Assembly (NCBI GenBank): GCA_963708135.1
Contig: OY970192.1
Coordinates: 4,320,001 to 4,384,000 of the forward strand
Length of the DNA: 64,000 nt
Source: an uncultured Gemmatimonadales bacterium
GTDB lineage: Bacteria > Gemmatimonadota > Gemmatimonadetes > Longimicrobiales > RSA9
Direction of reading: 5' to 3'
The notes under the pieces were generated by a model. It was given only the letters and a program-made list of their open reading frames with translations. It had not been told where the DNA came from and made no database searches. This document shows, piece by piece, positions 56,701 to 64,000 of this stretch. Position 1 is the stretch's first letter. Each line of letters opens with the position of its first letter. A program made the position numbers and the translations under genes.

Positions 56701-57305
56701 GGGGGAAGCTCGGGTACGTGCATCTCAGGGCGATGGGGTCGTCCGACATCGCGGCGTGGTACCGGCAATTCTACCCGGTGTTCGACCGGGAGGGGCTGGT
56801 GATCGACGCGCGCAGCAACCGGGGCGGCAACATCGAGAGCTGGATCCTGGAGAAGCTGATGCGGAAGGCGTGGATGTACTGGCAGGGGCGGGTGGGGGCG
56901 CCGTACTGGAACATGCAGGATGCCTTCCGGGGGCCGGTGGTGGTGCTGGTGAACGAGAACACGGCGTCGGACGGCGAGCTGTTCGCGGCGGGGTTCCAGC
57001 GACTGGGGCTGGGGAAGGTGATCGGCACGCGCACGTGGGGCGGCGAGATCTGGCTGTCGTCGTCGAACGTGCTGGTGGACCGCGGCATCGCGACGGCGGC
57101 GGAGAACGGGGTGTACGGGCCGGACGGCGTGTGGCTCATCGAGGGCCACGGCGTGGACCCGGACATGGTGGTGGACGACCCGCCGGCGGCCACGTTCCAG
57201 GGCCGGGATGCGCAGCTGGACGCGGCGGTGAAGTACCTCGAGCAGCAGATCCGGGAGCACCCGCCCGTGGTGCCGAAGGCGCCGGCCCGGCCGCCGGTGC
57301 ACTGA
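53787..57305 (+). CDS. Tricorn-like S41 protease (beta-propellers, PDZ and S41 catalytic domain)
   Basis: GYYRFP, repeated SPDG blades, YRGG, GYVHLRAM, DARSNRGG, TASDGE, IGTRTWGG and EGHGVDPD; signal peptide. Confidence 0.95.
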   Translation: MRLSALLLLPLALAPLNRPSRAAYPGTALGPAGARAPAAASDLGYYRFPTLRGNTIVFTAEGDLWTVPASGGEARRLTTHLAEETHPAISPDGRTLAFTAGYDGPAEVYTMPIEGGVPTRHTWDGLPGTRGDLVLGWTTDGRILYSTTRYSTLPETQLATLDPSTGRRSLVPLAQASDGAWEDATGALYFTRFAKQSSNTRDYRGGTAQGIWVYGGGGGVKAARGEGEGTGKGTGKGEGPAWDGMEAVGLTGDYPGTSKTPMPWGGRIYFASDRDGVMNLWSMDREGKDLKQLTHHEDFEVQWPAMDDGRIVYQDGADLWLLDVRSGQDRKLDIRLPSDFDQLRARRVEKPMEWLTSAHLSPHGNRVVLTARGQVFVTPAKAGQGRLVEATRGQDVRYRDARFLPDGGSLLTLSDESGEVELWRLPADGVGGREQLTTDGTILRWEAVPSPDGRWIAHTDKDQRLWVLDAAAKTSRKVAESAYDDFRDLAWSPDSRWLAYVEAGANQLRRVVLYDTKTQATTPVTTDRYSSFSPVWSPDGKWLWLLSDRTFDSAVGSPWGAYQPEPFFDERTKVYALALEPDETFPMAPRTELMARPAAADANPARSAESESGGSGRAAAKRAEGRGGSAAAASPKAVAIRLAGLAGRLYEAPIPAGDYRDLSVDGAGKHLLALGGKAGARTADLVAWEISPEKPKPKTLAEGVRGYELSADGRKVLVRKGDALYVVASDGKEKLEDGKVDLSGWSFRLDPREELRQMYGEAWRLERDYYWDPAMRGLDWKAIRAKYRPLAERATDREELSDVFMQMIAELRTLHMFVYGGDVREGEQVLPASLGARLERDSAAGGYRVAHIYRADPDQPEDLAPLARAGVGVREGDVITAVNGVATLSVPDIGGLLEDQAGKQVLLEVRRGTGRGTGTGELPKAKAKAKAKAGTASGFRVVVEPITPREEADLRYSEWEYTRRLAVDSLGGGKLGYVHLRAMGSSDIAAWYRQFYPVFDREGLVIDARSNRGGNIESWILEKLMRKAWMYWQGRVGAPYWNMQDAFRGPVVVLVNENTASDGELFAAGFQRLGLGKVIGTRTWGGEIWLSSSNVLVDRGIATAAENGVYGPDGVWLIEGHGVDPDMVVDDPPAATFQGRDAQLDAAVKYLEQQIREHPPVVPKAPARPPVH

Positions 57306-57336
57306 CGGCCGGTCGGGGTCGATGCGGCCCGTCAGA

Positions 57337-57714
57337 TCACGGCGCGCCGGAGTCGCGCCGCCAGATCCAGACCGCTTCGCGGCGCAGCGTCGCGGCGAAC
57401 CGGGTAGCAGCCTCGGTCAATTTCGTCCACTCCGCCGCCTCGTAGACGAGAACGTCGGCGGGGACGGGAAGCGAGGACAGGTCCCAGTCGCGGCCGCGCT
57501 CCACGAACGGACGTGCGGCGCGGCCCACGAGCAGCACGACATCCGCATCGCTGCCGACGCCCCAGTTCCCTCGCGCATAGGAGCCGAACAGCCCGACCGC
57601 GAGCAGCTCCGGGTGCGCCGCGCCGGCGCGCTCGGCCCAGGCCTCGAGCGACCGCCGCACAGATGCGGCGTCAGGCCACCTGATTACGGACGAATTCAAT
57701 GATCTCACGGGCAT
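57337..57714 (-). CDS. Minimal nucleotidyltransferase (MNT), putative antitoxin
   Basis: GLFGSYARG...SDADV (GS-x10-DxD) and PADVLVY. Confidence 0.88.
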   Translation of the reverse strand: MPVRSLNSSVIRWPDAASVRRSLEAWAERAGAAHPELLAVGLFGSYARGNWGVGSDADVVLLVGRAARPFVERGRDWDLSSLPVPADVLVYEAAEWTKLTEAATRFAATLRREAVWIWRRDSGAP

Positions 57715-58057
57715 GGTCGATGGCCTGCTCGCTCTGCAGCGGTCCGTAATGCTCGAACGGCGCGCCTTCGGGGTGCCCGTTGGGATAGCGGGTGGGGATG
57801 TAGTAGGCGTCCAGGCCGCGGGCCTGCTCGATCAGGAGGGGCGGCACGGACACCGAGGAAGGCAGCTCCTCCAGGAGTCGCGCGACGGCGTGGCCCCAGG
57901 CCTCCTGTCCGAGCCGGAGGTGTAGCGACTTCACGGCCTTCTCCGCCGCCTGGTGCGCGGCGAAGCACGCCCACTCGTGCCGGTCCGCACCGCGCGCGTC
58001 CCGGGCCTGCTCGAGGTCCCGCTCACTCTGGCGAAACCAGTCGTTCCAGCGGTTCAT
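57671..58057 (-). CDS. HEPN domain protein, putative toxin
   Basis: WACFAAHQAAEKAVK, WGH and YIPTRYPNGH. Confidence 0.9.
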   Translation of the reverse strand: MNRWNDWFRQSERDLEQARDARGADRHEWACFAAHQAAEKAVKSLHLRLGQEAWGHAVARLLEELPSSVSVPPLLIEQARGLDAYYIPTRYPNGHPEGAPFEHYGPLQSEQAIDHAREIIEFVRNQVA

Positions 58058-58112
58058 CCCCGCCTTTCACGAACGAAGGCGATCGCGGCGGTCAAGCGGC
58101 CGCCGGAGATCC

Positions 58113-61100
58113 TTATGGCTGCATGCTACGGCGGCCGGCGCGAGACGACAAGGAAGGGGTCTCGGCGGCGCGGGTGCGGAGCCGGCACGCGGGCGGCGGC
58201 AGGAGCTTGCCGGCGGGGACGGGATGCAGCCCGGCCTTCAGGAGAGCGGCGTTCAGATCGGGGATCTCGCGGTCGTTGAGCTCCTTCCACGCGTCCACGG
58301 CCCGGGCCAGCCGGCCGCACTCGTCGGTCCAGGCGGCGAGGCTGGGCTCGGTGGGCGCCATGTCGCCGTTGTCGAGGCCATCGAGCTGGCGGAGGATGGA
58401 GGCGTTGAGCTCGACGAAGTCGGGCGGCGGTGCCGGGCCGCCCCTCCTGCCGAAGGAGCCGCGCCCTCGCTCGCGGCTCCCCGCGAGCGAGTCGAGCGTC
58501 GCCTCGATGCGTTTCGCGGCCGCGGCGACGGCGGTCGATGAAGCCGTCCCGGCCACGGCCTGCTTCACGGCGGCGGCCAGCGCCGCGGCGCTCGCGTGGC
58601 CCTGCCAGGCTTCGGCCGCCCCGTCGTAGAGGGGCATCTGCAACGCGTGCTGGGCGCGCAGGTCCGCCAGCGAGGCGGGCGAGCGGGGGTCGCGGTTTAC
58701 GGTCAGCTTCTGCGTGTAGCTCTTCCCAGCCACCGTCAGCCGCAGCGTGTACTCGCCGGGGAGCGCGAGCGGGCCCTCCGGCGTTGCGGGGGTGAGGGCG
58801 GGGTTCGCGCTGATCGGGAACGAGTGGCGGAACGCCGGCGGCGCGTCGTAGCGCAGGTCCCAGTTGACGCGGTTCAGGCCGACCGCGGTCGGCATGGGGT
58901 GGGGCGTGGCCAGCCAGAAGCTCGGCTCGGGCGGCTCGGCGGCCTCGGCGATCGGCTGTGCGGGTGCGCTCGACAGGTGGCGCACGACACGGCCGTCGCC
59001 GTCCAGCACGTCCAGGCCGATGGCGCCCTGCGGCGCGGCGCCGAGCGAGTAGTAGATCAGCGCGCCGGGCGGCGGGTTGAGCGAGTGCGGCACCTCGGGC
59101 GGGAAGGGCGTGTCCTGGTTGACGTTGCGGCGCACGCGCACGGCGTCGCCGGGGGCGAACAGGTGCGCCGGCTTGGCGGCCAACTCGGGTGTGAGCTGCC
59201 GCAGTGGCGAGATGTCATCGAGGATCCAGATGCCGCGCCCGTAGGTGCCGACAATGAGGTCGTTGTCCTTGATCGCGGCGTCGCGGAACGAGGTGTTGGG
59301 CAGGTTCAGGGCGAGCGACTGCCAGTGGTCGCCGTCGTCGAACGACACGTACATCGAGCTCTCGGTGCCGGCGAAGAGCAGCCCCTTCCGCTCCGTGTCC
59401 TCGCGGATCACGCGGGCGAAGCTGCCGGACGGCTCGTCCGCGGGCAGGCCGTCCACGATCTTCGTCCAGGTCTTGCCGTAATCGCGCGTCCGGTAGAGGT
59501 ACGGCGCGTAGTCGGCCGCGCCGTGCGTGTCGATGGCGACGTAGGCCTCCGCGGGATCCTGGTGCGAGGCCTCGATGGCGGACACGTCGGACAGCGTCGA
59601 GTCGGGCAGAGCGGGGATGGAGACGTCCTCCCATGTCTTCCCCTCGTCCCGGGTCAGCTTGATGAGGCCGTTGTTGGTGCCGACCCAGATGAGGCCGCGG
59701 GCGATAGTGGACGGCGAGATCGCCTCGATGGCGCCGGCCCGCCCGCCGCCGGTGAGGCGGCCGCCTCCGTTCTCCGCCTCGGGCTTCACGCCGCGGGGGT
59801 AGCCGAGATCGGGGCTCAGGCGGGTCCAGTGCATACCGCCGTCCGTCGTCGCCATGAGGTACTGGAAGCCGGCGAAGAGCTCGTGCGGGTTCCATGGCGC
59901 CCAGACGAGCGGGTTGGTGGACGTGGCGCGCAGGTGCAGCGCGGGATCCACGGCCGGGCTCACGTTCACGGTCTGCTCGCTCGGGTAGCTGATGCGCAGG
60001 ATGCCGCCGCCGCTGGCGTAGACCATGTCGGGGTTCTGCGGGTCCGGCGCGATGCTGCCCCACTCCCAGCCGCCGACGGGGTTCCAGTCGAGCGGCGTGA
60101 TCTCGCCGAAGTTGCCGCGGCTGCGCACGCGGATGGCGCCGGCGTCCTGCTGCGGCGCGTAGACCCAGTAGGGGAAGGAGTTGTCGGTCGAGATGTGGTA
60201 GACCTGCTCGGTGGACTGGTTGTACCAGGGGCTCCACGTGCGGCCGCCGTCGAGGCTGACCGTGGCGCCCTGGTCCATCCCCATGAAGATGCGCTGGGCG
60301 TTGGTCGGGTCGATCCAGAGCTGCTGCGGGTCATCACCGCCGGGAGCGCCCTTGAAGCCTGTGAAGGTCTGCCCGCCGTCCGTCGAGACGTAGCTCGAGG
60401 TGTTGAAGGTGTAGACGATGTCCGGGTTTTCGGAGCTCACGTAGACACCGCAGTTGTAGCCGCCCTGGCCGTTGCGGATGCGCGCGTCGGAGGCGTCCAT
60501 CCGTCGCCAGGTCGTGCCGCCATCATCGGACCGGTAGAGCCCGAACTCGCCGATGAGGTAGACGCGCTGCGCGTTGGTGTGCATGGCGACGGCGACGGCC
60601 GTGCGTCCCTCGAGCTTCGGCAGCCCGCCGCCCGCGATCTCGCGCCAGGTGACGCCCGCATCCGTCGACTTGAAGAGGTGTGTGCCGGTGGGCGCGCCGA
60701 AGTAGAAGCCGCGCCGGCGCGAGCCGCCAGGCTCGTTGTAGTGGCGCACGGTGGTGGCGAAGACGACATCCGGGCGGTCGTAGGCGCGGGCGAGCTTCTG
60801 GATGCCGGTCGAGTCGTTCACGAAGAGCGTCTTCGTCCACGTCCTGCCGCCGTCCGTGGAGCGGAACACACCGCGCGCGTCGCTCTTGTGGTGCATGTCG
60901 CCCTGCGCGGCGACGAGGACCACGCCGGGGTTCGAGGGGTCCACGAGGATCGAGGGGATCTGCTTCGTCGCCTCGAGCCCGATGTGCGTCCACGTGCGGC
61001 CGGCGTCCGCGGACCGGTAGACGCCGTCGCCCTCGTTGATCGAGCCGCCCGTGACCATGTCGCCGGTAGCGACGTAGACCACGTTCGGATCCGACGGCGC

Positions 61101-61517
61101 CACCTCGATTGCCCCCACGGAGGACACGCTCCTCACGGAGTCGAAGACGGGCTCCCACGTGATGCCGGCGTTCTCCGTCTTCCAGACGCCGCCCGCCGGC
61201 AGTCCCGCGTAGAAGACGCCCGGCTGCCCGACGGCGCCGGTCACGGCGGCGATGCGGCCGGCGCGCAGCGGCCCGATGTTGCGCCAGACGAGGCCGGCGA
61301 GGAGTTCGGCGGGAAGGGGCGGGCCGACGGTCGCGCCGGTGGGGTCCGGATGGATCGGCCGCGCGGGGGCGGCGCCGGCGCGCGGATCGACGGAGTGCAT
61401 GGCGGGGGCGTCGGCGACGCGCGGCTGGACGGGTCGCGTGGCGCCGAGTGTCAGGAGGGAGGCGGCGGCCAGGCCCACGGCGAGGGCCGGCCGGCGCGGG
61501 GAGTCGGGCAGCATCAT
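58113..61517 (-). CDS. VPS10/sortilin-like BNR (Asp-box) repeat protein, glycosyl-hydrolase-like
   Basis: WRNIGP..GR, many SxDxGxTW Asp-boxes, GDD, GTYGRGIWILD and VNWDLRY; signal peptide. Confidence 0.9.
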   Translation of the reverse strand: MMLPDSPRRPALAVGLAAASLLTLGATRPVQPRVADAPAMHSVDPRAGAAPARPIHPDPTGATVGPPLPAELLAGLVWRNIGPLRAGRIAAVTGAVGQPGVFYAGLPAGGVWKTENAGITWEPVFDSVRSVSSVGAIEVAPSDPNVVYVATGDMVTGGSINEGDGVYRSADAGRTWTHIGLEATKQIPSILVDPSNPGVVLVAAQGDMHHKSDARGVFRSTDGGRTWTKTLFVNDSTGIQKLARAYDRPDVVFATTVRHYNEPGGSRRRGFYFGAPTGTHLFKSTDAGVTWREIAGGGLPKLEGRTAVAVAMHTNAQRVYLIGEFGLYRSDDGGTTWRRMDASDARIRNGQGGYNCGVYVSSENPDIVYTFNTSSYVSTDGGQTFTGFKGAPGGDDPQQLWIDPTNAQRIFMGMDQGATVSLDGGRTWSPWYNQSTEQVYHISTDNSFPYWVYAPQQDAGAIRVRSRGNFGEITPLDWNPVGGWEWGSIAPDPQNPDMVYASGGGILRISYPSEQTVNVSPAVDPALHLRATSTNPLVWAPWNPHELFAGFQYLMATTDGGMHWTRLSPDLGYPRGVKPEAENGGGRLTGGGRAGAIEAISPSTIARGLIWVGTNNGLIKLTRDEGKTWEDVSIPALPDSTLSDVSAIEASHQDPAEAYVAIDTHGAADYAPYLYRTRDYGKTWTKIVDGLPADEPSGSFARVIREDTERKGLLFAGTESSMYVSFDDGDHWQSLALNLPNTSFRDAAIKDNDLIVGTYGRGIWILDDISPLRQLTPELAAKPAHLFAPGDAVRVRRNVNQDTPFPPEVPHSLNPPPGALIYYSLGAAPQGAIGLDVLDGDGRVVRHLSSAPAQPIAEAAEPPEPSFWLATPHPMPTAVGLNRVNWDLRYDAPPAFRHSFPISANPALTPATPEGPLALPGEYTLRLTVAGKSYTQKLTVNRDPRSPASLADLRAQHALQMPLYDGAAEAWQGHASAAALAAAVKQAVAGTASSTAVAAAAKRIEATLDSLAGSRERGRGSFGRRGGPAPPPDFVELNASILRQLDGLDNGDMAPTEPSLAAWTDECGRLARAVDAWKELNDREIPDLNAALLKAGLHPVPAGKLLPPPACRLRTRAAETPSLSSRAGRRSMQP

Positions 61518-61767
61518 CGTGCTCGCTTCTGCGGGGACCTGGTGGACCGGGCCAGAATAGCGGGAACGCATCCGGCCCGACAGAGACGCAGAGTGAGCTA
61601 CGTCGGGCGCGGCGCCGCGGTTGGGGGCCGCGCGGCAATGCCATGCAGCCCACGGACTTCCTTGACCGTCTCTTGCGGCCGGCCTTACACTCGCTCCGTC
61701 CGTGCAGCACCCCACCGATCGTTCGAGCGGACCCGCTCGGCTGGACCCCCCAACCCGGAGGAGCCCG

Positions 61768-62154
61768 ATGTCGGTCGAACGTACCAGGAAAGTGCTGGAA
61801 TCGTACTGGCGCGAGCACGACCCAAGCCACGTCGCGGAGGACGCCGTCTTCGTCATGCAGCCGACGGGCGAGGAGATCCGCGGCCGGCAGGCGATCGCCG
61901 AACACCTCGACGCCTTCTACCACATCACGCTCGATGCCCACGCGGAGGTCGTGAACTCGGTCTTCGCCGACGGCAAGGGCGTGCTCGAGGCGGTCGTGGT
62001 CGGCAAGCACACCGGCGCCTTCGCCGGGATCCCGGGCACCGGCCGGGACGTGCGCGTCCCGCTCTGCGTCTGCTACGACGTGGACGGCGACCTGATCCGG
62101 CGGGCGCGCATCTACCTCATGGCGAACGTGCTGATCCAGCAGATTTCGGGGTGA
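61768..62154 (+). CDS. SnoaL-like / ester cyclase (NTF2-like) protein
   Basis: GGAGGAG RBS; GRQAI, GKHTGAFAGIPGTGR and GDLIRRARIY. Confidence 0.85.
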   Translation: MSVERTRKVLESYWREHDPSHVAEDAVFVMQPTGEEIRGRQAIAEHLDAFYHITLDAHAEVVNSVFADGKGVLEAVVVGKHTGAFAGIPGTGRDVRVPLCVCYDVDGDLIRRARIYLMANVLIQQISG

Positions 62155-62287
62155 GGCGCCCGCCGGAACCGCGCCGCCCGGCCGGGCGGCGCAGGGGTAC
62201 CGGATGTCGGGAGTTCCGGAAGACCCGCGTATGTAGGATGAGGAGGGATCACCCCGATCCTGCCGGTCCTCTACGTGGAGGTGGGCA

Positions 62288-62671
62288 ATGCGACGCGTCA
62301 CGTCTTGGGTGCTACTGGGTGGCGCGGCCTGGGTCCTGGCCGCGTGCTCCGGCGACGCGGTGACGGCACCCACGGGCGCCAGCTCACGGATAGCGGCCTC
62401 CCAGGTCGCCGGACAGGCCGCTCCGCTACCCCAGGGGAGCTGCCAGTACTCGGACCCCGGTACGGGAACCTACCCGGTGGTCGTGTCGTGGTCCGGAATG
62501 AAGGTGACTCGAATCGATGTGTTCGACGGCGCGGGCAACCCCCTCTCGCAGACGGTGCTGGGGCATTCCGGGCGGAAGGGATCGCTGTCCCTGACCGAGA
62601 ACGGCCAGCCGGCGACTGCGGAGATCTTCGGCACGACCATCGGGCTGAAGGTACTCTGCTCGGCGGGCTGA
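62288..62671 (+). CDS. Hypothetical lipoprotein
   Basis: Lipobox LAAC followed by SGDAVTAP; GGAGG RBS; two further Cys. Confidence 0.7.
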   Translation: MRRVTSWVLLGGAAWVLAACSGDAVTAPTGASSRIAASQVAGQAAPLPQGSCQYSDPGTGTYPVVVSWSGMKVTRIDVFDGAGNPLSQTVLGHSGRKGSLSLTENGQPATAEIFGTTIGLKVLCSAG

Positions 62672-62867
62672 GCCGCGGCGTCGGCGCGATCACTCGAGGC
62701 CTCCCGGCACCACGAGTGTCGTGGGGGCTTCGGCGGCCGGCCGGATCCGGCCGGCCGTGAGCGAGATCGTGCACCCGGGCGCAGGGGACGCCGAGGTGGG
62801 CTGGACCACGGGCGGGCGCCGCGCTATATTACCGCTCAGTTGATCTATTGCGGAAGGAGCGGCGCGG

Positions 62868-63083
62868 ATGCCGATGTACGACTACGAGTGCCTGGCGTGC
62901 GGGCACCGTTACGAGGAGTTGCGTCGGATGGCGGAGCGGCAGGCGGCGAGGCCGTGTCCGTCGTGCGGGAGCGTGGAGACGGAGCTGGCGGTTTCGGCGC
63001 CGGCGGTGTTCGGCGGTGGGGGTGCGCCGCTGAACTACGGCTCATCGGGGAACTGCTTCAGCGGTGGCTGAGGCATCGGCTGA
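62868..63083 (+). CDS. FmdB family zinc-ribbon protein; ends at 63071 if UGA is a stop, or at 63083 if UGA encodes selenocysteine
   Basis: MPMYDYECLACG and CPSCGS; AAGGAG RBS; tail NCFSGG-UGA-GIG-UGA followed by a SECIS-like hairpin. Confidence 0.9.
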
Positions 63084-63101
63084 GCCGCCGGTCGGCGGCA
63101 G
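63072..63101 (+). promoter_or_regulatory. Putative bacterial SECIS hairpin
   Basis: Stem GCCGCC/GGCGGC with loop GGUC starting 18 nt after the UGA at 63069-63071. Confidence 0.55.
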
Positions 63102-63436
63102 GAGCAGTTGCGGCGCGCGCCGGTCCGTGATGGGCCGGCGCGCGGTGCATCTGGGGGTGAGGGATCGGGCAGCGGGAGGGGGTCGGAAGACGGGCAGAGC
63201 GAGGCATGGAGGAGGGGCACGGGGACGGGAACGAGCAGGGGCACGGGGCCGGGAAGGGATACACGGGCGTTGTGGGGGCGTGGCGGTGGCGGGTAGCTTC
63301 GAGGATGTGCGAGGGCCGGAGCCGGGTTGCGGCCGTGGCGAGGCCGGGGCCGATCGGGCCATGGCAGTGCCCCGGCCGGCGGTGTAACGAAAGGACGCGG
63401 GAGGCAAAGGTGACGAACCGCGAGGGAGAGGCCCCC

Positions 63437-64000
63437 ATGTCCACGCAGCCGCGGCGGCGGTTGAGGCCGGAAGAGTACCTGGAGGCGGAGCGCCGCGCGG
63501 AGCGGAAGAGCGAGTACTACGCGGGCGAGGTGTTCGCGCTGGCCGGGGCGAGCCGGGAGCACAACCTGCTCGTGACGAACCTGGTGGCCGGCCTGGCCAC
63601 GCGGCTCCGGGGCGGTCCGTGCGAGGTGTATCCGAGCGACATGCGGGTGAAGGTCCGGGCGAGCGGGTTGTACACCTACCCGGATGTCACGGTGGTCTGC
63701 GGCGAGCCGGAGCTAGAGGACGAGCATCTGGATACGCTGTTGAACCCGACGCTGCTGATCGAGGTCCTGTCTGCCTCGACCGAGCGACACGATCGCGGCT
63801 TCAAGGCGGACCATTACCGGCGGCTGGAAACGCTGCGGGAGTATCTGCTGGTCCCGCAGGAGGAGCCCCGGATCGAGCGTTACCGCCGGCGCGGCGAGCG
63901 CGAGTGGCTCCTGACGGAATTCCGGGGCCTCGAGGGCGTGATCGAGCTGGACTCCGTCGGCTGCTCGCTCGAGGCGGCGGAGGTGTTCGAGAGGGTGTTC
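63437..64000 (+). CDS. Uma2 family PD-(D/E)xK endonuclease, 3'-truncated by the window edge (absent from the ORF track)
   Basis: Manual translation: EEYLEAER..KSEYYAGEVFALAGASREHN, SDMRV, YPDVTVVCG, IEVLSAST..DRG.K and EYLLV; GGGAGAGG RBS. Confidence 0.92.
   Translation, partial: MSTQPRRRLRPEEYLEAERRAERKSEYYAGEVFALAGASREHNLLVTNLVAGLATRLRGGPCEVYPSDMRVKVRASGLYTYPDVTVVCGEPELEDEHLDTLLNPTLLIEVLSASTERHDRGFKADHYRRLETLREYLLVPQEEPRIERYRRRGEREWLLTEFRGLEGVIELDSVGCSLEAAEVFERVF

Noticed and set aside
62660..62735. Selenocysteine read-through at the UGA of the 62288 lipoprotein
   Set aside because: No convincing SECIS-like hairpin close to the UGA; the main hairpin (about 62696-62731) looks like a terminator and the family is not recognisable as redox-active.

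Overview
High-GC (visually above 70%) bacterial chromosomal segment with about 60 CDSs. It comes from a diderm: it encodes TonB-domain, LolA-like and outer-membrane-type proteins and many lipoproteins. The gene content resembles Gemmatimonadota (inference). Main content in order: a GT4 plus glycogen-debranching-type hydrolase pair; a BlaI/M56-TonB regulatory pair with two visible operators; a PLP enzyme plus NSS transporter operon; psd; two FKBPs around iaaA; a TetR-controlled LolA-like/FtsX-FtsX/ATPase/beta-barrel operon; and a split coproporphyrin-dependent heme locus (frameshifted hemQ/chdC, hemE, hemY, nfuA, and hemH with a Cys-rich tail) with two paralogous His-conserved, internally duplicated proteins of unknown function. 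Further on are an intact IS630 inserted in a stop codon, a cold-shock gene, a histone-H1-like protein, a tricorn protease, a HEPN-MNT pair, a VPS10/BNR protein and a partial Uma2 gene. The most notable signals are a candidate FmdB-family selenoprotein (in-frame UGA plus a SECIS-like hairpin), the heme-linked unknown paralog pair, a 60-61 bp-period palindrome array, shared ECF and sigma54 promoter motifs, and G-rich short tandem repeats found both between genes and in-frame inside them. No rRNA, tRNA or CRISPR-cas locus was recognised. All calls come from manual reading; no searches were run.
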